Source: a virus
IMG/VR virus record: IMGVR_UViG_3300045988_074572
Span: 1-30,059 of that record
Direction: 5' to 3' (one strand)
Length of the DNA stretch: 30,059 nt
A program made the translations under genes and the position numbers. This document shows, piece after piece, positions 13,760 to 24,327 of the stretch; the first letter of the stretch is position 1, and each line of letters opens with the position of its first letter. The notes below the pieces were generated by a model, which had not been told where the DNA came from, did not search any database, and was given only the letters and a program-made list of their open reading frames with translations.

Positions 13760-16756
13760 TTACACAACACCTGCCAATCTATCTTTGAATTTAGCACTCT
13801 TATTTAATTCTTCTTCTGTGTATCTATTGGATGCCTTAGCTAAAGTTCGGCCATCCAAAGTCAATGTTGAATTAAATGTAAAACTTTGATTTGAATTAAA
13901 ATCATAAGTTGTTGAATTAACATTACTTACTCCGTCCATTCTAAATCCATAGCCATCAAATGATTGAGCATTAGGAATACTTACGATTGATTCAGTAGCT
14001 TTTCGAACCATTCGTGCAGTTTGTTCAATACCAATTGCAAAACCTTCACCGATATAATTACCGATAGCCATGAACACTCTTGAAGGAGAATGAACTTTAG
14101 CCGCTGCACGAGTAGCTTTTTCTGCCTCTTGTGCCAATCGTGTAGCAATTGCACTTACTCTTCCTAATGTGCTAGCCATACCATTAGCCAAACCATTACC
14201 AATCATTTGACCAACAGTATAAGCACCACTGGAAGCCGATTTTAATGCGCTTGTAATACTTCTAGACATTGAACGAGCAACGCTCACTGATTGAGTTAAT
14301 CCGCTCTGTAATCCAGTCTTAAATTTAGTACCTAACTGTGTACCTGCTTGCCCACCTTGAATTGCAACCTGTGTTAAAGCAACCCCTAATGCAATTAACG
14401 CAGAACTTGCTACAGTTGTTGAACCAACTAATCCACTTGCGCTAGATGCAAATTGAACCATCGCACCACTAGCGCTTGCTAAAGGTCCACTTATAGACTC
14501 GATACCACTAAACGAACTAATAACACTCGGCATTACACTAGCTAATCCACTTAGACTATCTGTATATCCAACCAGCAATCCTAATCCGATTGCTAAATTC
14601 ATGATTTGAGTACCTGCATCACCAATACCACTTGATGCAGTAGCTATCGCACCTACACCTGTTGCGACTGCTCCTAATGATGCGGCCATATCAAGTAAAT
14701 TCAGACCTGTAATGATTTGTATTCCTTTTGCTAATTCCTTGAATCCTTTACCTGCATTCAATGCCGATTGACCAATCGAATCAATCACACCTGCTAGTGA
14801 ATCTAAAATGCCACTTACTGCATCACCGAACGATGTGATCACATCAGATGCCGACTCAAATACTTGTGATATTGAATCACCTAACTGTTGAACTAAGTCT
14901 TTGACCGATTCAACGATTGGTTGGATATTCTGAACCAATGCAATGAATGCATCACAAATTGATTGAATTGCATCAGATATAGCTTGTACCATATCTGCAA
15001 TCGCAGGTGCAAATGGAGCAATAGCTTGTACAATCTGTACAATCGCATTGGCTATGATTTGAACTACACTTTCGATAACTGGACCGATTGCATTTACAAT
15101 ATTTGCAATTGCATTACCTACTGATTCGATTACAGTACCAAATGCATCACCAAAGGCCTCAACTAATGGACTTAATTGAGCAAATGCATCACAAATTGTT
15201 GGCAATACTGGAGCTAATGCAATTAATGCTTGAGTTACTGCATCAATTGTAGTCGCAATAACTTCACTAAATGCTTTTCCAAGTGATTCTGCAATTGAAC
15301 TTAAACCATTACCGCTTTCGCCGATTAAAGCAATACCGGCGGCCACCATGAACAATGCTCCACCTAAGGCCAAGATATTTACGGGATTAGCGACTTTAAG
15401 CATTTGAGCTAAACTCTTGAAAGTTCCACTAAGTGCTTGTCCAATTCCTTGGAATGCACTTTTAATACCTAATCCGATGTCTTTTACTGATAAACCTACC
15501 GACCTAATGACTTGAGCTAACTTTGATTTAGATTTTCTTGCAGTTTTAACAGTGCCTTCCAATCCTTCTTCGGCATTTGCTTTGAAGATACCGAAAGGAT
15601 TAATTTCTTTGATTGCTTCAAACGCCTTAAATCCACCTACAACTCCTAATACTGAACCAACGATACCACTCAATTGAGCACCATTTAATTTACCAATAAA
15701 TTTACTTACTGCACTTATAGCTTGTGATACAAATTTGACCACTTGGCCAAATGCTTTACCAAACTTTTCAATCAGTCCTGTATCTTTGAATTGGCTCATT
15801 ACATTCTTAATTGCACCACCGACATCACTTAGTGCTTGTTTGAATGCTTTAATTGCGCCTGTGTTTTCAAATGCTTTAGCAAATCTTTTGAATGTATCGA
15901 TAACCTTATCAATTCCGTTTGTTAATATGTTTGCATCGAATCCATCTAAACCATCAATGATTGCACTTAACGCTTTTATTCCTATCTGACTGAGTTTGTC
16001 ATATGCAGGCATTAATTTATTTGCTAAAGTCTCTTTCAAACCGTCCATTGCTTGTCCAACGGACTTGTATTGAGTGGCCATTTTAGTAAATGCTTTACTA
16101 TTACCTGCTTTTTCAACCGCATTAAAAAAATCTTCAGTTTTAACAGTTCCACTTTGTACCGCACTAACAAGTTCAGAAGTGCTCATACCCATTTCACGAG
16201 CAACTGCTGCAATACCTGCAGGAGTTTGTTCTAACATCAACTTAAAATCTTGCCATGCCACCATTGGCTTTGCGGCCATCTGAGTACCTTGTTGCGACAA
16301 AGTTTTCATAGCTTGTTGTGGATTTTCTGCAGCGGATGCTAATCCACCAAATCCCTTAACCAATTGCAAACAGTTCTTAGTTCCGACTGCAGCAAATTGT
16401 GAATAAGTCTGAGACATATCAGATGCAGAGTAGATAGTCTGTGTAGCATATTGTTGTAACGCTTTCTTTGTTTTGTTGATTTCGCTACTTGACTGACCAA
16501 GCATCTGCATATTGCCTTCAAACGTTTTCCATGCAACATTGGATGCAGAAAGTTCTGATATAGTTCCACTAATCGCACTTGTGACTGTATGCATCGCACT
16601 AGCACCTACACTAGCAAATGCGCCGAATACCGCACTGTTTTTAAGCTTGCTAAGGAATGAATCACTTTGCTTTGTCACGCTTGATAATGTTTTCGATAGG
16701 TTCTTATCATTAGCACTCAAGGTGACATTAACCTTATAGTTTTCACCACTTGCCAT
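13760..16756 (-). CDS. Tape measure protein
   Basis: 998 aa, rich in Ala, Gly, Ser, Ile and Val with helical and hydrophobic stretches. It follows the G/GT chaperones, and its start forms a TAATG overlap with the upstream stop. Confidence 0.9.
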   Translation of the reverse strand: MASGENYKVNVTLSANDKNLSKTLSSVTKQSDSFLSKLKNSAVFGAFASVGASAMHTVTSAISGTISELSASNVAWKTFEGNMQMLGQSSSEINKTKKALQQYATQTIYSASDMSQTYSQFAAVGTKNCLQLVKGFGGLASAAENPQQAMKTLSQQGTQMAAKPMVAWQDFKLMLEQTPAGIAAVAREMGMSTSELVSAVQSGTVKTEDFFNAVEKAGNSKAFTKMATQYKSVGQAMDGLKETLANKLMPAYDKLSQIGIKALSAIIDGLDGFDANILTNGIDKVIDTFKRFAKAFENTGAIKAFKQALSDVGGAIKNVMSQFKDTGLIEKFGKAFGQVVKFVSQAISAVSKFIGKLNGAQLSGIVGSVLGVVGGFKAFEAIKEINPFGIFKANAEEGLEGTVKTARKSKSKLAQVIRSVGLSVKDIGLGIKSAFQGIGQALSGTFKSLAQMLKVANPVNILALGGALFMVAAGIALIGESGNGLSSIAESLGKAFSEVIATTIDAVTQALIALAPVLPTICDAFAQLSPLVEAFGDAFGTVIESVGNAIANIVNAIGPVIESVVQIIANAIVQIVQAIAPFAPAIADMVQAISDAIQSICDAFIALVQNIQPIVESVKDLVQQLGDSISQVFESASDVITSFGDAVSGILDSLAGVIDSIGQSALNAGKGFKELAKGIQIITGLNLLDMAASLGAVATGVGAIATASSGIGDAGTQIMNLAIGLGLLVGYTDSLSGLASVMPSVISSFSGIESISGPLASASGAMVQFASSASGLVGSTTVASSALIALGVALTQVAIQGGQAGTQLGTKFKTGLQSGLTQSVSVARSMSRSITSALKSASSGAYTVGQMIGNGLANGMASTLGRVSAIATRLAQEAEKATRAAAKVHSPSRVFMAIGNYIGEGFAIGIEQTARMVRKATESIVSIPNAQSFDGYGFRMDGVSNVNSTTYDFNSNQSFTFNSTLTLDGRTLAKASNRYTEEELNKSAKFKDRLAGVV

Positions 16757-17531
16757 TATTCATCGCCTCGCTTTCTTTTTTTATATTCAATAATTTTTTC
16801 AACACGAGACTCTTCTTCTGTTTTGCTTTCGCTTTTTGGATTTAAAATCTTATCCAATTCTTTTTTTGCTTTTTTTCTGTTATAGAACTTTTCAAATTTT
16901 GAATAACGCATGCGTTGTGATTTTCCTTTGCCAACAGTCGATTGGACTGCCATTTGTAAAAAGGCTCTCCAATGTCGGTCATATTCAACTTCTTCTTCTC
17001 TGCCTAAATTAGTTTTAAGCATCAATTTATATTCGGCCAAAGTCACACGATCAACTTGCTCAAACGATGTAAACTTCAAATTTTTAAAGCAAAAAAAAGC
17101 TACATCATCATAAATCTCTGTGATGTAGTCTATTTCTTTTTCGTCTTTGCTTTTGTCGCCGTCGTTTCCGTCTGTTCCTCTGCCAATGCGTTCATAATCT
17201 GATTCATTAAGTTCTTCGATGCATTGGCTTGTAATAAAAAAGTCTTTACTTGTTCAATCAATGATTTAATATCAGTTGATTCATCTTCTAGATATTCCAT
17301 TAAGGCCTTTTCAGTAATGCGTGGTTTTTCTGTTTTATTTGCAGTGTATAAAATATCAAACAAATCTTCGATGTGACCATCTAGCATACTAGCTACTACG
17401 TATTTAAATCCGCTTGGAATTGCTACTGAAATTGAAGCCATTTCTTTATATCGAGATTGAATCTCTTTCATGAACCCAATACCAAATCTAAATTCATATG
17501 TTGTTCCGTTAATTTCTAATTGCATATTCAT
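16756..17531 (-). CDS. Tail assembly chaperone G-T fusion made by programmed -1 frameshift (about 258 aa)
   Basis: The frame of track ORF 16756-17079 stays open upstream to at least 17169. It is the -1 frame relative to gpG. The candidate slippery heptamer G_AAA_AAG lies at 17142-17136, two codons before the gpG stop. The TTG start at 17079 is an ORF-caller artefact. Confidence 0.6.
17130..17531 (-). CDS. Tail assembly chaperone (gpG-like)
   Basis: 133 aa, located between the major tail and tape measure genes. Confidence 0.75.
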   Translation of the reverse strand: MNMQLEINGTTYEFRFGIGFMKEIQSRYKEMASISVAIPSGFKYVVASMLDGHIEDLFDILYTANKTEKPRITEKALMEYLEDESTDIKSLIEQVKTFLLQANASKNLMNQIMNALAEEQTETTATKAKTKKK

Positions 17532-17579
17532 AAGTTAAGTCTCCTTTTTTGTCTCTTTTCGTTTTTGTTTATGCGCATA

Positions 17580-17607
17580 AATAAAAAAGGGAGAATTAAA
17601 TCTCCCT
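17580..17607 (-). terminator. Rho-independent (probably partial) terminator after the major tail protein gene
   Basis: Minus strand reads GGGAGA-TTTAAT-TCTCCC followed by TTTTTTATTT. Confidence 0.7.
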
Positions 17608-17621
17608 ATAGTTTTAGAAAA

Positions 17622-18122
17622 CTATTCTGATTGAGCAGTTGTATCAGTGAATGTATACAACGCTTCATCTAGCATTTCAGTAGGAACGGTTACATCGCCT
17701 TCAGCTCCTTTTCCTTCGATTCCGAACGTTAATGACATTTCTGTCCAATCATCTGAAGGTGAGCTCTTTTCAATTTCAGTAACATAAGCTTGGTAATATG
17801 TTCCTTTATATTTACCGCTAGAAGATCCTGGTTTAGCTAAATTGATTTCCCATACTTCGACTTTTTCGTTGTTTAACTGTGCTTTTTCAAGCGCTTCAAT
17901 CATTGTATCATCACTAGCTAATACAGATGTAGAAGTGATTTCAATTTCTGCTTGGCTAGGTGAACGCAATATACCATCTTTAGTCTGTGTTGTATCTGCA
18001 TCAGTTGATACAGTCTTACCATTTTCTTTTACAAAAGCTAAACGTAACGCTGCACTTTTTTTAGCCTCTTCATTCAATGGTCGATACATATAAATAATCT
18101 TGCTGCCATGTACACTTTTCAT
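17622..18122 (-). CDS. Major tail protein (phi13/TP901-1-like)
   Basis: 166 aa in the position before the chaperones. Motifs LRLAFVKENGKTVSTDADTTQTKDG and a terminal Ig-less acidic tail are present. A terminator follows. Confidence 0.75.
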   Translation of the reverse strand: MKSVHGSKIIYMYRPLNEEAKKSAALRLAFVKENGKTVSTDADTTQTKDGILRSPSQAEIEITSTSVLASDDTMIEALEKAQLNNEKVEVWEINLAKPGSSSGKYKGTYYQAYVTEIEKSSPSDDWTEMSLTFGIEGKGAEGDVTVPTEMLDEALYTFTDTTAQSE

Positions 18123-18140
18123 ATTTTATATCCTCCTTAA

Positions 18141-18515
18141 TTAAATGTATTTAAATTTCAAAGTGATTACTCCATGCAAGTACGTTGTACTTGTGGAATT
18201 GTCGACTAATATTCTTCTTCCATCACATAAGCACATTACCGAATGATTCTCGATTTTTAGTTGCTTTGCTATACGTAAAATATCGTCCATAATATTCGCT
18301 ACTTCTTTTCGTTTATCCATGCGATAGTGCCATACATGAACATCTAAATTAAAATATCCATTCTCACAATCTTTAAATTGGCTTGGATTGTCATAAATCG
18401 AATACATCTGAATATATGGACAATCTGCATCATCTTCCGCTTGATCTAAATAATATGTATCATATTTTTTATCAAGTTCTTGTCCTAATAATTCATAAAT
18501 TGATTCGCTTATCAT
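18141..18515 (-). CDS. Tail completion / tail terminator protein (DUF3168-like)
   Basis: Called from synteny (last connector gene before the major tail gene), a size of 124 aa, and overlap with the upstream gene. Confidence 0.5.
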   Translation of the reverse strand: MISESIYELLGQELDKKYDTYYLDQAEDDADCPYIQMYSIYDNPSQFKDCENGYFNLDVHVWHYRMDKRKEVANIMDDILRIAKQLKIENHSVMCLCDGRRILVDNSTSTTYLHGVITLKFKYI

Positions 18516-18874
18516 TTTGTCTCCACCAACTTTTTACATTCTTCAATTAGCACTTTTTTTCCTTCATCTTGTGCAGGTCGCATAAACTTTTGAGAAGGTC
18601 CATGCTTTTTAGTACCGAACTCGACATACTGAGCATATTCAACACCTTTAGAATTTTTAGCAGGTGCATCAATGATAACTGTTTTACCACCACTTACGTA
18701 TTTGTGTTGGATACTGTCGTGCAAAGCACCACTATCTTTAGGAACTAAATCCTTTGCTACTTGCTCGGCCTTTTCTCCTGCTTTTGTTACTGCCGATGCT
18801 ACCTTTTCAACTGCGACTTTCTTTTTAGTTAATGCTTTTTTCATTTCATTCAAGCCATCAATTCGTACTCTCAT
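18512..18874 (-). CDS. HK97 gp10-family tail component / neck protein
   Basis: Motifs LVPKDSGALHDSI and YAQYVEFGTKKHGPSQKFMRPA are characteristic of the family. Confidence 0.8.
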   Translation of the reverse strand: MRVRIDGLNEMKKALTKKKVAVEKVASAVTKAGEKAEQVAKDLVPKDSGALHDSIQHKYVSGGKTVIIDAPAKNSKGVEYAQYVEFGTKKHGPSQKFMRPAQDEGKKVLIEECKKLVETK

Positions 18875-19241
18875 TTAATCTCCTATCGTCAAACTTAGTT
18901 TTGACTTTTTCTAAAGACAATTGAAGACACATAGGCTTTGAATCAAGTAACTCTTGGCATTGGACAACTTTATAAATGCTAGGTTGATTAGGCTCTCTAA
19001 AAAAGCCACACTCTACATAATCTGCATCTTGTAGTTCTGACTCAAAAGGAACAACTACAACTTTAGATATTTTAATATCGTTGTTATAAGCTCTATAAAA
19101 GCGATTGTATCCTACTGTCTTTTGTCCAAATGGAATGTAACTTGATAAATCTTTCAAGATACCACCATTACGAATTGATACAGATTTCAAGATGCCATCA
19201 TTAAAAGTCGTATTACCTTGTGACTGCTTCTTAACTAACAT
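18858..19241 (-). CDS. Head closure / head-tail adaptor protein
   Basis: Called from synteny and a size of 127 aa. Confidence 0.5.
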   Translation of the reverse strand: MLVKKQSQGNTTFNDGILKSVSIRNGGILKDLSSYIPFGQKTVGYNRFYRAYNNDIKISKVVVVPFESELQDADYVECGFFREPNQPSIYKVVQCQELLDSKPMCLQLSLEKVKTKFDDRRLNESTN

Positions 19242-19509
19242 CGCTTGCTCTTCCTAAATCACTAAAGAGAAGAATCTCATCTTTGTAATTAACTTTAAAA
19301 TCATCAGTTGCATTTGATAAAGCATATAGCACGTAATTCTTTAATAAACTTCTAGAAAATTCATCACTTTGAAAATCTGCAGAAGGACTATACTTCTTCA
19401 GATAAGCTAATCCCTCTGCGATTAAATGTTTTAGTTTTTCGTTTGTGGCATCGTCGCACCACTTGTAGCCTAAATCAGTCTTGATTAAGCCTAATAAATA
19501 TTCATCCAT
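19231..19509 (-). CDS. gp6-like head-tail connector protein
   Basis: 92 aa. The N-terminal LIKTDLGYKWCDDATNEKLKHLIAEGLAYL pattern is present. It lies immediately after the capsid gene. Confidence 0.65.
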   Translation of the reverse strand: MDEYLLGLIKTDLGYKWCDDATNEKLKHLIAEGLAYLKKYSPSADFQSDEFSRSLLKNYVLYALSNATDDFKVNYKDEILLFSDLGRASDVS

Positions 19510-19534
19510 TTAGATGCCACCTTTCTTTTATGGA

Positions 19535-20728
19535 TTAAGCAGCTGCTTTTGTATTTACTTGACCTTCTACTGTAGTAGTTGAATCAACTTTGAAAGCTAA
19601 CTCTTTCAATCCAGTAATATCTAATACCTGGAATGCGTTGTTATCCTTTGGTTGACCATTACCATACAATTTAATCTTGTATGTTCTGTTATCATCCAAG
19701 AATGCGAACTCATCAGATGTTTCTAATTTACCTGCTTGAGCAGTACCAATTCCCATCATGTATTTTTTGTCGATACCCATGATTGCTTTACCAGTTGGGC
19801 AATATACTGATTGGATGATGTCGATTGGATATGGTGATTTTTCTACCCAGTCACCAGATGGTGTTTGAATACAAATTGCAGGTTTAACTAATCCATAGTA
19901 ATCATCAGGACTAACTACCATAAATAAACCTGTAACCTTACGAGCTTTTCCGTTACGGCCTTTAGCCATAGCTTTGATTACATCAGCTAATCCTTTTGGT
20001 GTCCAATTAACTACTTTTTTAGCAGTCTTAGCAGTGTAAGTAGTTTTACCACTGTTTGTTGATCCTCTAGATAAATCTGCCATCATTCCGATAGGGCCTT
20101 TGTCAGATTCTAAGTTGTTCAATGCTGCATCTTCGATACCATTTGACAATGCATCGTATAACAATGTACGAACAAATCTATCTAAGTAAACTGGGCCTAA
20201 ATCAAGCATTGATTCTGGAATTGGTACATAAGCACTTACCTTTAATTGGTAAACATCCACTTCTTCAAATGAACCAGAGATTTCAGTAACGATCTTATCA
20301 GTCAATTTACCCCATGTAGCTTTATTGTCACCTGCTACACCAAATAATAATTTAACTTTCGCAGATGCTACTTGAATGTCTAATTTAGATAACAATGGAT
20401 GTTCATTTTCGATTTCTGAGAAAATATCCTCGATAACTGTTTCGGGCAATACAGTATCGATGTTGTCAATTGCTTGACGGAAATTGTCAGAGCGCATTGC
20501 ATCAATAATTTTGTTGTAAAAAGATTTTTCTGCAGAAGTTAACTGACGAGCACCACGTGCTTTTAAAATATTTGAATCATCAACGCGTAATGCTTCCTGT
20601 AAAATCTGTTCTGCTTTTGAATCTGTTTGATTCTCAATTAAATTGCTTAACGCTTCAAACAAACCATCTGAGCTTTTGTCGTTGATAGCTTGTTTTAAAG
20701 TTTCTAATAATTCTTCTTTAGTTTTCAT
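19535..20728 (-). CDS. Major capsid protein, HK97 family
   Basis: 397 aa with an N-terminal coiled-coil delta domain. It follows the prohead protease. Confidence 0.85.
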   Translation of the reverse strand: MKTKEELLETLKQAINDKSSDGLFEALSNLIENQTDSKAEQILQEALRVDDSNILKARGARQLTSAEKSFYNKIIDAMRSDNFRQAIDNIDTVLPETVIEDIFSEIENEHPLLSKLDIQVASAKVKLLFGVAGDNKATWGKLTDKIVTEISGSFEEVDVYQLKVSAYVPIPESMLDLGPVYLDRFVRTLLYDALSNGIEDAALNNLESDKGPIGMMADLSRGSTNSGKTTYTAKTAKKVVNWTPKGLADVIKAMAKGRNGKARKVTGLFMVVSPDDYYGLVKPAICIQTPSGDWVEKSPYPIDIIQSVYCPTGKAIMGIDKKYMMGIGTAQAGKLETSDEFAFLDDNRTYKIKLYGNGQPKDNNAFQVLDITGLKELAFKVDSTTTVEGQVNTKAAA

Positions 20729-20753
20729 TAATTTATCCTCCTATTTTTTTACA

Positions 20754-21452
20754 TTAAAAAAACCAACCATTTTCCTTATTTAAAGGTTCAATAGTTGGCG
20801 TTTTTTCTAAAGGTTCTTCAACCTTTTGTACCTTTTTTTCATCGGCTTTAACATCTTCTTCTTTGGAAGTGTCTACACCGATAATTTCATCACACAATCC
20901 TAAGTCGAAACATTCTTGAGCGGTTAAATAACTTTCATTGTCTAACAACTCGTTAAGCTTTTCTTCTGTAAGTTTATCTTTAGCTTTACTTAGGTATGCG
21001 ATTCTTGATGAATCCATAATCTTGTCCATTTGGTCGGCTAACTTTCTAAAATCATTAGCATTGCCACATCCATATGTCCAACAATTGTGAATCATCATTT
21101 GTGATGTTGGATACATCTTAACAGTATCACCACACATCGCAATTACACTCGCAATTGATGCAGCTAAACCATCAATGATTACATTTACAGTTTTGTCAGA
21201 GCCTTTCAAAATGTTATGAATCGTGATTCCTTCAAATACCAATCCACCATTTGAATTAATGTGTAAATTAACTGTATCTACATCTTGATTTTCCTTTAAA
21301 AACTGAGTGATTGATTCGGCACTGATGCCTGATGTCTTTCCAGTCCACCAGTCTGTAGACTCACCAATTTCATCGTACAATTCAAGGTCTGCTTCATTTG
21401 GCTTAGCTTCATTAACTTGCATTCGCATTTGCATTACCTTCATCTTCGGCAT
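20754..21452 (-). CDS. ClpP-family (S14) prohead serine protease
   Basis: Sequence INSNGGLVFEGITIHNILKGSDKTVNVIIDGLAASIASVIAMCGD...MMIHN is present. RBS AAAGGAGG favours the ATG at 21452 over the track start at 21473. Confidence 0.85.
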   Translation of the reverse strand: MPKMKVMQMRMQVNEAKPNEADLELYDEIGESTDWWTGKTSGISAESITQFLKENQDVDTVNLHINSNGGLVFEGITIHNILKGSDKTVNVIIDGLAASIASVIAMCGDTVKMYPTSQMMIHNCWTYGCGNANDFRKLADQMDKIMDSSRIAYLSKAKDKLTEEKLNELLDNESYLTAQECFDLGLCDEIIGVDTSKEEDVKADEKKVQKVEEPLEKTPTIEPLNKENGWFF

Positions 21453-22629
21453 TTGTTTTTCCTCCTTTCTCACTCAATGACTGACCAGTTGAGTCGATAC
21501 CACTATAATTCTTAGTGATGTAATGCTCGTTCGCCCATTTTTCATCAATTTCTTCTTCACCTAAAATTCGCAAGATGTTATTGATTGAATAGACACCACT
21601 ACTAATTAATTTATCAACCGAGTTGGCCATATCTAAAGCATCAATATGTTTGATTGCTTGAGTGTTGATTTTCATGTAAGTACCTTTTAAGTACTCATCT
21701 TCTGTGTAATGCTTTCCGTTGATTTCGTCTTGAATCAATTTAACAATTGAATCTAAACAGAACGTTAAGAAATCATCCACTGCTTTCGATGTATCTGCTA
21801 CATCTCCATTACAAATGTTCACTGGAATTAAAAAAGCCTTACAAGTGAGTTCTAACGTATCATCTAATAAGGCCTTAATATCTCGAGTAGTTACTATATT
21901 TTTCTTTTCTGTTCCAAATTCTTCAAAAGTCAAACCTTCGTATTCTGGTAATAATGCATTGTCTGCTTTCATGAAAGTTTTAACTTGATTGTTTAACAAA
22001 TCATTAATCTTATCTTCCAAATCTTTATTGGCTTGCATACGGCCGATGTGAGCTTTCATCTTAAATCCATTTGCACGTTTATATGAACTCAATGCGGTTT
22101 GAATCAAAGAAGTTTGCAATGCTAAAGTGCCATCTAAATATTCCTTTATCTTCTCATTGCCTAACTTAAAATGCATAACTCTTGACTGTTTGTAATCACT
22201 ATTCAACGTGATATCACCGATATGAATATCTTTAAACACGTGCTCACCAAATACGATTTTATCATCAACAGTAAACGAATCTGCAATAAACAATTTATCC
22301 GCTCTTTGTACAACTAATACTTCATCATCATAATAAAGTTTATGGATAAATTCATTCCAAAACTCTGTACTCGATTGATTGTAATTCGGTTTAACATTCA
22401 ATAAATAATAAAAGCTATTCTTCTTTTCTTTTTTCTTTTCGTATGTTCTGAACTCACATTTTGAGATCGCTTTTGCAATTCGTTGTACACAAATTTCAAA
22501 GGCCAATTGACGAGCGGTCAAAGATGCTAACTGTTCTTGTTCTGTCGTAATTGTTGCAGATTTAATCCACATATCTTTTTCATCTGCGAAATCTTTACCG
22601 AATCCAAATATTTTTTTCAAAAATCCCAT
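21412..22629 (-). CDS. Portal protein, HK97 family
   Basis: 405 aa, located between TerL and the protease. Confidence 0.85.
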   Translation of the reverse strand: MGFLKKIFGFGKDFADEKDMWIKSATITTEQEQLASLTARQLAFEICVQRIAKAISKCEFRTYEKKKEKKNSFYYLLNVKPNYNQSSTEFWNEFIHKLYYDDEVLVVQRADKLFIADSFTVDDKIVFGEHVFKDIHIGDITLNSDYKQSRVMHFKLGNEKIKEYLDGTLALQTSLIQTALSSYKRANGFKMKAHIGRMQANKDLEDKINDLLNNQVKTFMKADNALLPEYEGLTFEEFGTEKKNIVTTRDIKALLDDTLELTCKAFLIPVNICNGDVADTSKAVDDFLTFCLDSIVKLIQDEINGKHYTEDEYLKGTYMKINTQAIKHIDALDMANSVDKLISSGVYSINNILRILGEEEIDEKWANEHYITKNYSGIDSTGQSLSEKGGKTNAEDEGNANANAS

Positions 22630-22650
22630 GTTTTCACTCCTTCCTTTTAT

Positions 22651-24327
22651 TTAAAAAGTAAGTACTCCAATATCAAAAGGAATACTACCGATTGCTTGAG
22701 GCAACATATCTTCAATTGTCATACTTGCAACCAATGCCATGAAAGGATCTGTCTTTCTTGATTTTGGCTCGATTTTTCCAATCAAATAGTTACCCATATC
22801 CAATTCACCATCAACTGCCATCATTGACTTCTTAGCAGGAACTAATTTTGAATTATTAGTAGCCCACCTTAAGCAAGGTTGTTCACCCCAAACAAAGAAA
22901 TGATTCAAAAAGCATCTAACAATGATAGGCACAACTTTCATGATATCCGAATTTCTAACAAGCTTAATATTCTTGTTTTCATAGCTAAAACCAAGCTTAT
23001 TCAACTCATCTTTCAATATCTCAAATCTGTAACTATCCATCGCAACACCTTCAATGACATAATCATTCATCATTTGACTAAGATATTCAGATACCAACTT
23101 AGGTGATATCTCAGGTTCATCAACTAATGTGACATAACATTCATTTGCCCATTCTTTATAAGGGCATTTCAATCTCCACAATTCTGTTGATTGCATACAT
23201 ACCCAAGCGTGATTGATATCATAGCGAATTTCATCTTGTTTAAAATGTAGATTCACTGCCATCCAGTCATTCGTTTTTGAAAAGTCGATACCACAAACAC
23301 ATGACCAACTTTTTAGATCAATCAACTCTTTGTTAGTAGCTTTGATATCATCCCAACTCGCAACTGGCATTGATTCCTTCGTCTGTCTGATATTCATTCG
23401 CTTAGTCATAAACGCTGCTAAAGTTTGTGGAGCTTTCAACCACTTGTTATATTCCTTACGCATCTCAACTAATAATGATGGTTTATATCTCAATGATGGA
23501 TTAGCTTTGCGCCAGTTCAATTCATCATGCACTTCATCCTTGTTATTCAATCTACAAATAAAATAAAAGTGGCCATTATCGTTATGACCATTTTTCAAAA
23601 CATCTTTTGCATCGTCTAGCATATTGTCTAAAGGCCCATCAGGGACATCGCCATTCGTTGTGAAATATCCAGTTCGTGGATGAGGCTTCTTTCCTAAACC
23701 AGTAGTGAACACGTTGATATTGTCATAGTTTTCGTAAGTATGAATCTCATTTAAAAACACTGCACCACTTCTCAAACCATCTTTACCTTTGGCATTGTTG
23801 GTGTGGCCTTTGATGTAACCTTTATTCTTGATACCTCTGATTTTTTCACGTGTCCATTTAAAGAACTTTTTAAATTTCTTCGGTTCTTTCTCTAAAGCAT
23901 CGTGAATATCAAGCACTGGTCTCAAAGCCTGGTCCTCATTAAAAGCACAAATATCAACATCGTAATTCTCGATTGGATTATATGGACTAATCAAACATAA
24001 ACTCATCCAAGATATCAATCCGTCTTTTCCTGCACCTCGGCCCATAAAAAAAAGGCCGTCATCCCATCTCGGAAGTCCGTCCTCTTCTTTAAATGTACAC
24101 AAGTAACATCCTATGCAGTATCTTTCCCATTCGTATCCACGGCCAAAGCCTAAATACTTACCTAATCCAATGTAATGCTCATAAAGTTCTAAATCGACAA
24201 TCAACCTTTCATTCTGAAAGGCCCTCTCAACCATCGACCGCAACTGCCATTGCTCAATACAAAACTCATCTTCATTCGCATCCATTAAATCAAAATACTC
24301 TTTACAGAATATTGGTAATGAACTCAT
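22651..24327 (-). CDS. terL: Terminase large subunit
   Basis: 558 aa. A Walker-A-like motif (FFMGRGAGKDG) and a C-terminal nuclease half are present. Its start forms an ATGA overlap with the TerS stop. Confidence 0.9.
   Translation of the reverse strand: MSSLPIFCKEYFDLMDANEDEFCIEQWQLRSMVERAFQNERLIVDLELYEHYIGLGKYLGFGRGYEWERYCIGCYLCTFKEEDGLPRWDDGLFFMGRGAGKDGLISWMSLCLISPYNPIENYDVDICAFNEDQALRPVLDIHDALEKEPKKFKKFFKWTREKIRGIKNKGYIKGHTNNAKGKDGLRSGAVFLNEIHTYENYDNINVFTTGLGKKPHPRTGYFTTNGDVPDGPLDNMLDDAKDVLKNGHNDNGHFYFICRLNNKDEVHDELNWRKANPSLRYKPSLLVEMRKEYNKWLKAPQTLAAFMTKRMNIRQTKESMPVASWDDIKATNKELIDLKSWSCVCGIDFSKTNDWMAVNLHFKQDEIRYDINHAWVCMQSTELWRLKCPYKEWANECYVTLVDEPEISPKLVSEYLSQMMNDYVIEGVAMDSYRFEILKDELNKLGFSYENKNIKLVRNSDIMKVVPIIVRCFLNHFFVWGEQPCLRWATNNSKLVPAKKSMMAVDGELDMGNYLIGKIEPKSRKTDPFMALVASMTIEDMLPQAIGSIPFDIGVLTF

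Noticed and set aside
8116-16739. Plus-strand track ORFs inside Tal, Dit and the tape measure (8116-8439, 9277-9495, 11077-11316, 11603-11806, 13527-13889, 15735-15989, 16052-16283, 16512-16739), and the minus-strand out-of-frame ORFs 10295-10540 and 16339-16605.
   Set aside because: They are antisense or out-of-frame shadows of long, well-supported structural genes. They have low-complexity translations and no RBS.
16756-17079. A stand-alone 107-aa gene starting at TTG 17079.
   Set aside because: There is no RBS, and the frame is open far upstream in the -1 frame of gpG. It is better explained as the T part of the G-T frameshift product.
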